Assembly: GCA_964414795.1 (NCBI GenBank)
Contig: CAYPWV010000004.1
Coordinates: 1,591-65,590 of the forward strand
Direction: 5' to 3'
Length of the DNA stretch: 64,000 nucleotides
Source of the DNA: an uncultured Gammaproteobacteria bacterium
GTDB taxonomy: Bacteria; Patescibacteriota; Patescibacteriia; UBA9934
Within the stretch, counting starts at the first letter, position 1. Every line of letters begins with the position of its first letter. A program made the translations under genes and the position numbers. The notes below the pieces were generated by a model. That model worked only from the letters and a program-made list of their open reading frames with translations, was not told the DNA's origin and did no database searches. Positions 19,297 through 27,335 of the stretch are shown one piece after another.

Positions 19297-19980
19297 TTAT
19301 CCAAGATGATATTTTCCTTTTGCGATATCGGAAACCACTTCTCCTTTTTGCATTGTAATAACGCGGCGATTAAGCGCATTCACGATGTCGCGATCATGCG
19401 TTACAAGTACGACCGTGGTGCCAAATTCATTGATACGCTTCAGAAGCTCAATAATTTCTCGTGCGGTTACCGCATCCAAATTACCCGTCGGCTCATCGGC
19501 GAGCATAATTTTTGGACGATGCACGAGCGAACGCGCAATAGAAACACGCTGCTGCTCACCCCCCGAAAGCTGCCGAGGATACCGATGCGCCTTATCTGCA
19601 AGCCCCACAATTTTTAATACTTGCGGAACGATCTCATTGATGCGCTTGTTAGACTCTCCCGCAACTTCAAGCGCAAACGCAACATTTTCAAAAGCGGTTT
19701 TTTTGGGAAGAAGTTTATAATCCTGAAAAACCATCCCAAGCTGTCGGCGCAATGCAGGAACTTGATAATGAGGAATTTTAGAAATATCCCATTCGCCAAT
19801 AAGCACCTGACCTTCGCTGGGTTTTTCTTCTGCGGAAATGAGTTTTGCAATAGTGGTTTTTCCGCTTCCGCTGGAACCGACGATCGAAACAAATTCCCCC
19901 GACTCAATATGAAACGTAACTCCGCGAAGTGCGTGCACATCGGGAGGATAGATTTTCGTAACATTGCGCAGCGTAATCAT
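19297..19980 (-). CDS. ftsE: Cell division ATP-binding protein FtsE
   Basis: GSSGSGKT, VFQDYKLL, LSGGEQQRV, ADEPTGNLD. Confidence 0.95.
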   Translation of the reverse strand: MITLRNVTKIYPPDVHALRGVTFHIESGEFVSIVGSSGSGKTTIAKLISAEEKPSEGQVLIGEWDISKIPHYQVPALRRQLGMVFQDYKLLPKKTAFENVAFALEVAGESNKRINEIVPQVLKIVGLADKAHRYPRQLSGGEQQRVSIARSLVHRPKIMLADEPTGNLDAVTAREIIELLKRINEFGTTVVLVTHDRDIVNALNRRVITMQKGEVVSDIAKGKYHLG

Positions 19981-19998
19981 GAAAGTAGTATAGCGTAT

Positions 19999-20193
19999 GG
20001 GAAAGTGGGAAGTAGAGAGTTGTTAGTTTGAAGTGAGTGGATGCTATGTTTTGTCGTGATACAGACAACAGACTACAGACGGCAGATGGGGAAAGTGATC
20101 AGAATCAGATATCTCTTATCTGTCGTCTGTAGTCTGTTATCTAAAAGGAACATCTTTTCACTTCAAACTAACAACTACAAACTTCATAACTTC
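19999..20193. repeat. Heptamer-armed nested palindromic element (copy A)
   Basis: Outer arms of 7-nt-period GAAGTnn repeats with core AGTTTGAAGTGA (20025-36) and TCACTTCAAACT (20158-69). Inner arms AGACAAC-AGACTAC-AGACGGC and GTCGTCT-GTAGTCT-GTTATCT. Confidence 0.85.
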
Positions 20194-20233
20194 AAAAGAA
20201 AAGACTCCGTGCATATGCACGGAGTCTTTTCTT
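20194..20233 (-). terminator. Terminator after tRNA-Thr
   Basis: AGAAAAGACTCCGTGCAT/ATGCACGGAGTCTTTTCT palindrome with T-runs. Confidence 0.8.
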
Positions 20234-20234
20234 C

Positions 20235-20310
20235 TGGAGCCGATGACCGGGCTCGAACCGGTGACCTGCGGTTTACGATACCGCTGCTCTACCAACTGAG
20301 CTACATCGGC
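20235..20310 (-). tRNA. tRNA-Thr(CGT)
   Basis: GCCGATG...GCGGT-ATCGTAA-ACCGC...TTCGAGC...CATCGGC TCCA. Confidence 0.95.
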
Positions 20311-20416
20311 GTTTAGCGGACACAGTAAACCACGAAAGGCACTTTTCGTAAAGCAAAGTTTCCCCTGCACTCCAGACGAGGTAGAATACCTTAAAAGAAG
20401 ATAAAAAAAGTATTTT

Positions 20417-21952
20417 ATGGTGGATGGATACGGTCCCGAAATAATCGGAGGTAGAGAACAAGAGAAAACAATTCTTGAACAAAAAATAACGACTTTCTAT
20501 ACCTATGTTGCATCACTTTCTCGTGAGCTCAGTGCATCTGCACGAAGAAAGGCGGTCGTAGAAGCAATCAATGAACGATTTACCGAGAAAGAGTGCAAAC
20601 TTCTCGAAAAAGTTCACGACATTCTTTGGATTGATACGGAGGTATTTTGTAAAAGAACCGGTCAAGAAGTTGCACCCCCAAGCCTCCGTGAGGATATACG
20701 ACGTATTGTAATACTCGAAGAAAAGAATCCCGGAATAGGAAAACGTATCTTTGAAAAATATGGGTATCTTCCTAAAAAAGATGTTTCGTTGGAAGAAATT
20801 CAATGTATGGATACATGCACTGCAGATTTCTTTCATGCCTTTCTCGAGCATTTCGATAATACTCGTGAAGGAGATATACAAACCCTCATAAATATCTGCA
20901 CCGGACTAGAGTCAGCAATACAGCAGAGCAACAAATTATCAGCCGTTCTTGAAATCTTTGATATGTTAGAAAAAAATACTGTTCTCTTGAGAAAGATAAG
21001 AGGTTTACTATCAGAACTTCATACATATGCTATTGATGATCTTCTTGAAGAACTAAGAAACAAAAACGAATATCTCAATAGTGTTGCACAACGCAACAGT
21101 CTTTTTATTACCACCTGTCGTAGATCAGGAATCATAAATCAGGAAAAAACAGTTGCTGAAAAAGAAAAATTGGAAACAGCGCTTGCGCTCATGCTTGGTG
21201 CAAAAGGACTTAACGTGCGAGATTGCTTAGAAGCTTGGCAAAGCACTACTATCGATAACCAGCAAACCATAGAAAAAAATCTCTACGCCATTGATAAGCT
21301 TGAACAAGCAATGCCAGGATCAGCCGCAAAGCTTTATAAACAGTTCGGCATTCGTCACTTCGCACGCTATCCCCAAAAGCTTCTTCTTCGTCAAGCGGAG
21401 TATGCAGAAAATGACACGGTGCCTTATGGAATTGCCCTCTATCCAACCGCTGATCGCAACGGCACATTTTCTTATGACGAAAAAATGTTCACAAATTTGA
21501 GCAATGACTTAAAGGGCATAGGTTGCGAACTTCGTGTAATGGAAGTGAAGGGAAAGCACGATATTGGTCGAAGATTTTTTATGCTTCGGGATGCTTTTCC
21601 AACTCATCTTATTGAGTTTGCAGTCATTGGTGGCCATGGAGATGCAGAGAGCATCACCCTAGGAGGCGATCAAGCGCGAGAAACACTTTCGAAAAAAGAT
21701 TTAACAGGAAGAGGGATGAAAAGAATCGGGGGGTTTTTTGTTCATCAACCATCAATCGTATTGGTGTCTTGCTCTACAGGAAAGGAATCTGGAATAGGTC
21801 AGGAAATTTCGAGTATTTTTGGCGCAGAAGTTACAGCGCCCAAAGAAGACGCAGCTCGTGCAAGTATTCGTGCACAAAAGCGAAACGGAAAAATTATCTT
21901 AAACGCCACCTACAACGTAGAAAAAAACCAATACCTACAGGGAAGATCGTAA
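20417..21952 (+). CDS. Hypothetical protein, helical N-terminus plus possible caspase-fold C-terminal domain
   Basis: 511-aa ORF. VIGGHG...IVLVSCSTG is a His/Cys dyad-like arrangement. Confidence 0.7.
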   Translation: MVDGYGPEIIGGREQEKTILEQKITTFYTYVASLSRELSASARRKAVVEAINERFTEKECKLLEKVHDILWIDTEVFCKRTGQEVAPPSLREDIRRIVILEEKNPGIGKRIFEKYGYLPKKDVSLEEIQCMDTCTADFFHAFLEHFDNTREGDIQTLINICTGLESAIQQSNKLSAVLEIFDMLEKNTVLLRKIRGLLSELHTYAIDDLLEELRNKNEYLNSVAQRNSLFITTCRRSGIINQEKTVAEKEKLETALALMLGAKGLNVRDCLEAWQSTTIDNQQTIEKNLYAIDKLEQAMPGSAAKLYKQFGIRHFARYPQKLLLRQAEYAENDTVPYGIALYPTADRNGTFSYDEKMFTNLSNDLKGIGCELRVMEVKGKHDIGRRFFMLRDAFPTHLIEFAVIGGHGDAESITLGGDQARETLSKKDLTGRGMKRIGGFFVHQPSIVLVSCSTGKESGIGQEISSIFGAEVTAPKEDAARASIRAQKRNGKIILNATYNVEKNQYLQGRS

Positions 21953-21955
21953 CAA

Positions 21956-22762
21956 TTACCACACAAAAACCCATGCAGGATGTTCTTCGGCGTGGATGCG
22001 CAAAACGTCAGCAAGCGTGGGCTTGTTGATAGCAATGCCGCGCAGATGAATCCAAGCCGTGTCGTCTTTTCCTCCTGCATCAACCACTTTTAACACCCAA
22101 AACGCATCGGTACCCACAAAATCAGCACGAACTTCATCAACCTGCATCGTTGCCGCACCTTGCGCCCATGCAGGAAGATCGGAAACAAGGAAGACCCCCA
22201 AGTCTCCCCCGTTTATCGCCGAACTATCTTCCGAAAAATACCGCGCAATATCCGCAAAGGGCATATCGAGATCAATCTTATCGAGCACATTTTGTAAACG
22301 CATTTCTTGCGAAGGAAGCGCTTTATCTCGCAGTGCATGTGCAGCTCGCATGCGGAAAAAAGGTTCTTCGAGATACTTTTCTTGCTCATACGAAGAAATC
22401 CCTGCATGTGCAAGCGCTGCCGTGTCGCTCTCCGTAAAAAGCGCATCTTGCACCGGCACATCCGCACCATCTAAAAGATCTTTTACACGGGCATCACGCA
22501 CTACAAACGCAAGGGCCTTGGGAAATGCTTCTTGATACGTAGATGCAACCTGAAGCGCCACAAACGCATGTACCGTTTCAACCACACGATGATACGAAAC
22601 CGGAGAACCATGTACCCACGCAGGTGGAAAAACGAGATATGAAACACCTCGCATCATGCCGTCCCCCACATGAAAAAAAACCGCACTCAATTGCAGCAAA
22701 AACCACAATACAAACACCCCACCCCCTACCCCCCACCCCCATTTTTTCTGACGCTCCGTCAT
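21956..22762 (-). CDS. Membrane-anchored parvulin-type PPIase (PrsA/SurA-like)
   Basis: FADIARYFSEDSSAINGGDLG rotamase motif and N-terminal TM. Confidence 0.82.
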   Translation of the reverse strand: MTERQKKWGWGVGGGVFVLWFLLQLSAVFFHVGDGMMRGVSYLVFPPAWVHGSPVSYHRVVETVHAFVALQVASTYQEAFPKALAFVVRDARVKDLLDGADVPVQDALFTESDTAALAHAGISSYEQEKYLEEPFFRMRAAHALRDKALPSQEMRLQNVLDKIDLDMPFADIARYFSEDSSAINGGDLGVFLVSDLPAWAQGAATMQVDEVRADFVGTDAFWVLKVVDAGGKDDTAWIHLRGIAINKPTLADVLRIHAEEHPAWVFVW

Positions 22763-23190
22763 AGCACATCACTCTCTTGCACAGAACTTGGCGAGAAAAA
22801 ATAATAAAACCACTTTACGGGATTACTCAGCGCAGGATCGGTAGCAATATCACCGCCTTCATTTGTTCCTTGGGGGTCGATACGTTGATCGACCCGTACT
22901 TCCGCATCATCTACCACGTACATCGTTTCTCCTTCTTTTGCTAAATTTAATTTGGTGCGCGCCTCACTTTCTACTGCAGTTTCTGTAGAGAGTTGCGCAA
23001 TGAGTTGCAAAGATGCGAGATGCTGCGTATTTAATGCAGCATTTTCTGCCTCCATGCGATCAAGCTCGGTAGCAATATCGATATTGCGCACATATTCGCG
23101 CACAAACGCAAAAGCAACAAGCAAAAGAAGCCCGATAACGCCAACGGTTATCCACGTACGCGAAGAAAATGTTCGTACACTATGCGCCAT
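22759..23190 (-). CDS. Septum formation initiator (FtsB/DivIC family)
   Basis: TM, coiled coil, then ESEARTKLNLAKEGE. Confidence 0.85.
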   Translation of the reverse strand: MAHSVRTFSSRTWITVGVIGLLLLVAFAFVREYVRNIDIATELDRMEAENAALNTQHLASLQLIAQLSTETAVESEARTKLNLAKEGETMYVVDDAEVRVDQRIDPQGTNEGGDIATDPALSNPVKWFYYFFSPSSVQESDVL

Positions 23191-24490
23191 ACCCTAACGA
23201 TAATAGCACGTCACGGGCGATGTGTCGGTCATCCCAAGGAATCATTTTGCCATCTGCAACCGCCATCACGGGCTCGGAACCTTTCCCGGTAATAAGAACA
23301 ATATCCCCCGCTTGCGCCTGCTCGAGCGCAAAACGAATCGCCTCTTTCCGATCGCTTTTAAGAAACAAATTCTCCCCATCTTTCTTGCCGCGCTCACGAG
23401 CTCCTGCTGCTACCGCTTCAATAATACGTTGCGGATCTTCGTCATAGGGATCTTCGTTGGTGACAATCACCACGTCTTCATGCTCAGCTGCAAATGCACC
23501 AATAAGCGGCCTACGCGCCTTATCGCGCCCGCCTCCCGCCGAACCATGCACACCAATCACCTTTCCGGTATGCGGAGGAAGCGACGCAAAAAGCGCCTGA
23601 AGTGCATACGGCTCATACGCATAATCTACAATCACCGCAAAAGGCTGGCCAGCGATGATACGCTCAAAACGGCCTGCAACATCATGCAGTTTTTCAGATG
23701 CACGAAGAACATCGGGAAGCGCGAATCCACATACTCGTACCGTAGCAACCGCAGCAAGCGCATTTAACCGAGAAAAATGTGCGGGCAAGTGCCAATACGC
23801 CGTACGATCTTCAACCTGTATCTGTGCGCCCTCCGCATCGTGTGAAATTTCGTGCGCAATAATATTTTTATTTCCCCCATCCCACCCAAATCCCCAATGC
23901 ACATCCGCAGGAAATTTTGCAAAATATTCCGCATACGCATCATCACTATTCACAATGATCTGCTTCGAAATCTTTTTTCCTCCTATCACCTTATGCGGAC
24001 GCTGTGTAAGATGCGAAAAAAGCAAACCCTTCGCCTGTTGATATTTTTCAAAACTTCCATGCGATTCAATGTGCTCAGGGGTGAGATTGGTAAACACGGC
24101 AATATCGTAATTGATACTTACGTGACGAAACTGCGCCAAACCTTGCGATGACGTTTCAATAATCGCATACGTACATCCCGCATCTTTCATATCACGCAAC
24201 ATTTTCTGCAACGCAAAACGCCCCGGCATCGTCATCTTCATGCGATTTTCAACCGCTTTTCCTGCAATAGAAAATCCGGCCGTAGACGTATATCCCACCT
24301 TTTCGCCAAGCTCGGTAAGCAATTGCGCAATAAACTGCACGGTCGTCGACTTTCCATTTGTTCCTGTAACACCAATAACGATAAGATCATTCGACGGATT
24401 GCCGTACACCATTCCCGCAAGATAGCCAAGCAGTGCATGATATGCCTGAAGTGCAGGTTGAGGAATGTATTTTTTCAGCGCGTGCAGCAT
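23180..24490 (-). CDS. murE: UDP-MurNAc-tripeptide synthetase (MurE family)
   Basis: GVTGTNGKST, ETSSQGL, FTNLTPEH, VDYAY, GGGRD, GKGSE. Confidence 0.92.
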   Translation of the reverse strand: MLHALKKYIPQPALQAYHALLGYLAGMVYGNPSNDLIVIGVTGTNGKSTTVQFIAQLLTELGEKVGYTSTAGFSIAGKAVENRMKMTMPGRFALQKMLRDMKDAGCTYAIIETSSQGLAQFRHVSINYDIAVFTNLTPEHIESHGSFEKYQQAKGLLFSHLTQRPHKVIGGKKISKQIIVNSDDAYAEYFAKFPADVHWGFGWDGGNKNIIAHEISHDAEGAQIQVEDRTAYWHLPAHFSRLNALAAVATVRVCGFALPDVLRASEKLHDVAGRFERIIAGQPFAVIVDYAYEPYALQALFASLPPHTGKVIGVHGSAGGGRDKARRPLIGAFAAEHEDVVIVTNEDPYDEDPQRIIEAVAAGARERGKKDGENLFLKSDRKEAIRFALEQAQAGDIVLITGKGSEPVMAVADGKMIPWDDRHIARDVLLSLGYGA

Positions 24491-24493
24491 AAT

Positions 24494-24709
24494 TTACTTT
24501 TTCTCTTCCCAATCTTTCAAAGAAATTTTTGCCTGACGTAAAATCTCTGCAAGTAGGGATGCGCCAATGTCATGTTTATGGGAGTTTGGGATATGTAAAA
24601 TGAATGATTCTTTGATCATGAATGGATGCTTACCGCCGTATTCTGGACCCAAAAAACCCAATAATCGCAATCTGCGTACAAGTTCACGCCAGGACACGGG
24701 TTTTGGCAT
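24494..24709 (-). CDS. hicA: HicA-family toxin
   Basis: 71 aa with GGKHP, IPNSH..DIG and LLAEILRQA. Confidence 0.88.
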   Translation of the reverse strand: MPKPVSWRELVRRLRLLGFLGPEYGGKHPFMIKESFILHIPNSHKHDIGASLLAEILRQAKISLKDWEEKK

Positions 24710-24941
24710 AGTTTTCTGTGCGAATCTTTTTTGTTTGCATTCCAGGAATGGGAATATTTTTACGGATCTTCAAAAAGAGCCAGGATTCAATAATCTCTGC
24801 AAGTTCGCTTCGGCATTTTTCTAATGTCTTTCCACTCGCCCACACGCCATCAAGACCAGGAACCTCGCCAAAATAGGTTCCATCGCTCAACAGTTTATAT
24901 TTCGCTTTTGCAAGTTGTTCGGAAATATAGCGAGTTATCAT
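24684..24941 (-). CDS. hicB: HicB-family antitoxin
   Basis: YFGEVPGLDGVWASGKTLEKCR...IPIP. ATG 24941. Overlaps hicA. Confidence 0.88.
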   Translation of the reverse strand: MITRYISEQLAKAKYKLLSDGTYFGEVPGLDGVWASGKTLEKCRSELAEIIESWLFLKIRKNIPIPGMQTKKIRTENYAKTRVLA

Positions 24942-24982
24942 ACACATATACCATAACATATCCTTTTGTAAGCTGGAAAGAA

Positions 24983-25015
24983 CAAAAAATACTCCGAAAA
25001 CCGGAGTATTTTTTG
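24983..25015 (-). terminator. Bidirectional-type terminator ending the tRNA-like transcript
   Basis: CAAAAAATACTCCG-AAAAC-CGGAGTATTTTTTG. Confidence 0.85.
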
Positions 25016-25119
25016 ATCATTCGGGACGTGCCTAACGGCACACCTGACAACAGAAGTAAACCATAAAAAGAACATTTCTACAAGAGCTTGTGGAAAAATG
25101 TGCCGGACCACTGAGGTAT

Positions 25120-25196
25120 TGGTGGACTGGACGAGGATTGAACTCGCAACTCCCGAATGATAAGTCAGGTGTGTTACCAATTAATACCACCAGCCC
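25120..25196 (-). tRNA. Atypical tRNA-like gene with Ala-type acceptor (G3.U70, A73) and 8-nt anticodon loop CTTATCAT
   Basis: GGGCTGG TG GTAT TAATTGGTA ACAC A CCTGA CTTATCAT TCGGG AGTT GCGAG TTCAATC CTCGT CCAGTCC ACCA. Isotype cannot be assigned from the anticodon. Confidence 0.8.
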
Positions 25197-25390
25197 AGAT
25201 GATCCGGCGAAAGGCATCATATCATAAACATACGAACAAGATACGAACAAAAAATACCCCCATAAAAACAGAGTCCCCCATAGCTCCGAAGAGTACGAGG
25301 GAAGACGATCGGCAGCGCACGAGGGCGCCACCGAATTTTGGGAGAACTCTACCTGTCTCCCTGTCAGGTGCCTCTTCGCCTCGGGGAAGG

Positions 25391-26290
25391 CTAGAAGCGG
25401 TAACCGATGCCGGCGTCGGCGACCCCAGTACCGGCGAACAATCCGCCACCTCCGTCGGTGATCCAGAGGCCACTGCCCCCGGCGCTGCCCGTAACAAAAA
25501 GGTGCCCGTCGTCACCCAGGTTGATCTCGAGGAAGAGGCGGACCTGGCCTCCATCCCCCTTGAGGGTGACAAGGCCGTCATCGAACCCGCCGGCCTCGAT
25601 GTGGAAGTAGCTGATCCGCAGGCCAGCACGACCACGAGAGCTGCCGTAGAAGAGGCCTGCTCCGCCGCTTGCGCCGGTCGAAGCGCTACCGGCGACCATG
25701 AGCGTGGCACCGGCCTCCCAACCCACGCCCGAGGGCTTCAACTGGGAAACCGACAGCCCAACGCTCGAGGTCCAGAGACCTTCGATATGGGTTCCTGCCA
25801 GGTGCGGGTCGTCCATCCAGATTCCTCCGCCGGCGCCGGTGACGGCCAGGCGGACCGGACTTGCGTCGCGGCCATTGGTGCCGTTGGTACCGTTGACACC
25901 GCTGCAGACATAGTAGGTGTTGGTCACCTCGCTCATCTGCAGAGCCTTGTCGCCGTTGAGATCCAAGCCGACTCCGACCTTGACCCCACCTGCAGGGCAA
26001 TGCGCGCCCGGCAGTTCGGGGACAGAGGTCGAGAGGGTGCTCTTGCCGTTCACCCCATCGGTACCATCCACGCCGTCCACGCCGGGCTTGCCGCGGTAAC
26101 CGCGTTTGCCCTCGACGACGGGGACCGTCGTGATGACCGCGCCGCCGCCCTGTTCGCGGATCCGGAGCTCCGCGATCTGAGTGGCCAGGCAGGCCACCCG
26201 CTCCTCGAGCGTCCCGAGGCACATGGCCGGGGGGCTGGTGGGAGCGCTGTCGGCCAGGGCGACTGAGAGAACCAGAGAAGCGATCAGCAT
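25391..26290 (-). CDS. GC-rich secreted protein with collagen-like repeats and beta-barrel-like C-terminus
   Basis: Signal peptide, GxxGxxG repeats around HCPAGG..GLDLNGD..YYVC, amphipathic strands ending GIGYRF. Confidence 0.8.
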   Translation of the reverse strand: MLIASLVLSVALADSAPTSPPAMCLGTLEERVACLATQIAELRIREQGGGAVITTVPVVEGKRGYRGKPGVDGVDGTDGVNGKSTLSTSVPELPGAHCPAGGVKVGVGLDLNGDKALQMSEVTNTYYVCSGVNGTNGTNGRDASPVRLAVTGAGGGIWMDDPHLAGTHIEGLWTSSVGLSVSQLKPSGVGWEAGATLMVAGSASTGASGGAGLFYGSSRGRAGLRISYFHIEAGGFDDGLVTLKGDGGQVRLFLEINLGDDGHLFVTGSAGGSGLWITDGGGGLFAGTGVADAGIGYRF

Positions 26291-26736
26291 GGAAACACGT
26301 CCTTTCCCGGCTTGTATGCCGGAAATCAGAGGGATTTTCTATCGAGACTAGAACTAAAAAAGAGCGGTTACAGAGGTCTTTTGGGGTCTTGGGGACCCAG
26401 AAAGACTTGTGCCGCAAGAGGGGCTTTCCCAGGGCGAGATATCAGCGTATGCAGTGGAGGAGCATGCACACACGACCTCTCGCCCTGGAAAATCCTCTCA
26501 AAGCGGGACGTTCTAGAGTACCAAAAAAGAGGAGAAAAGTCAAATATATGAAGGGTTATATTATATTGTCCACAAGTTGTTTGACTACTTAAAAATGACG
26601 TGTTTAAATGGAAATAAGCAATCGTGATGCAAATCCTGATTGATGTCATAAATACACTCCCCTGCAAAACAGGTGGGGTGTATTTACTTTCTGCTTCTTT
26701 ATTCTTTTTTCCTTTTTTACTATGCTCTCTATAGCT

Positions 26737-26970
26737 ATGAAAGCTCGTATCCTTTATTACACCGTTCTTCTCCAATCTGAAAAAGAAGGTGGTTTTACGG
26801 TTACCGTTCCCGATCTTCCTGGATGCGTTACGTTTGGATCAACCGTTGAAGAAGCGCAAGAAAAGGCAAAAGATGCTATTACGGGATATTTGGCAAGCAT
26901 TAAAAAGCACAAACAAAAAGTTCCTCATCATACGCACAGTCTTGTTACTTCAGTCGAAGTTCGCGTGTAG
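26737..26970 (+). CDS. hicB: HicB-family antitoxin
   Basis: EKEGGFTVTVPDLPGCVTFGSTVEEAQEKAKDAI. Confidence 0.9.
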   Translation: MKARILYYTVLLQSEKEGGFTVTVPDLPGCVTFGSTVEEAQEKAKDAITGYLASIKKHKQKVPHHTHSLVTSVEVRV

Positions 26971-27100
26971 TCATTACATTTTCTATCAACCAACAACGGG
27001 AAAACGAGTTGTGGCTCCCCATCACACCAAAGATCTTCCTCGGGGTACGTTGATGGCTATTATTCATGCATCGGGTATTGCGAGAGAGGATTTCTCTTAG
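26969..27100 (+). pseudogene. 5'-truncated HicA toxin remnant
   Basis: SHYIFYQPTTGKRVVAPHHTKDLPRGTLMAIIHASGI is the C-terminal half of HicA, with no start or N-terminal helix after the hicB stop. Confidence 0.75.
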
Positions 27101-27335
27101 AGCAGACATTAGAGCAGACCCTCTGGACAGGGATATTTGTTTCTTTTACAATCCCCAAAACCGCAAAAAATCCTCTTTCTTGGCCAGAGTGAGCGGATAC
27201 AACGTCTCCTCCTCGCTGTATCTCGTTACCCTCTGGCTGCGAAAGAGGATTTTTTGTTAAGCAAAGCGCCCGAGAGGAGATTCCCCCTCGGGCACACGAC
27301 CTCTTGGTGCCCAACGAATCGGGCGCGCGTAGAGG

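Noticed and set aside
19999-20193. CRISPR array (here and at the other repeat clusters)
   Set aside because: The repeats are 7-9 nt tandem or palindromic units without unique 30-40 nt spacers, and no cas genes are present.
25120-25196. TCA-anticodon tRNA implying UGA recoding (code 25) or selenocysteine
   Set aside because: TCA is off-centre in the loop, there is no long variable arm, and several genes here end in TGA (e.g. groS, rsmA) with no in-frame TGA in conserved genes.
24983-25196. tmRNA or permuted tmRNA (also has G3.U70)
   Set aside because: It has a closed anticodon arm and a D-stem-like region, is far too short, and the trailer shows no tag reading frame ending in an Ala-rich degron.
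25157-26417. Long alternative ORFs (369 aa on +, 243 aa on -) over the collagen-like gene
   Set aside because: These are shadow frames expected in GC-rich coding DNA. Only 25391-26290 has a signal peptide, SD and coherent domains.
27097-27121. Tandem TTAGAGCAGAC duplication as a target-site duplication
   Set aside because: The two copies are adjacent with nothing between them. Slippage or an excision scar cannot be told apart, so no feature is claimed.
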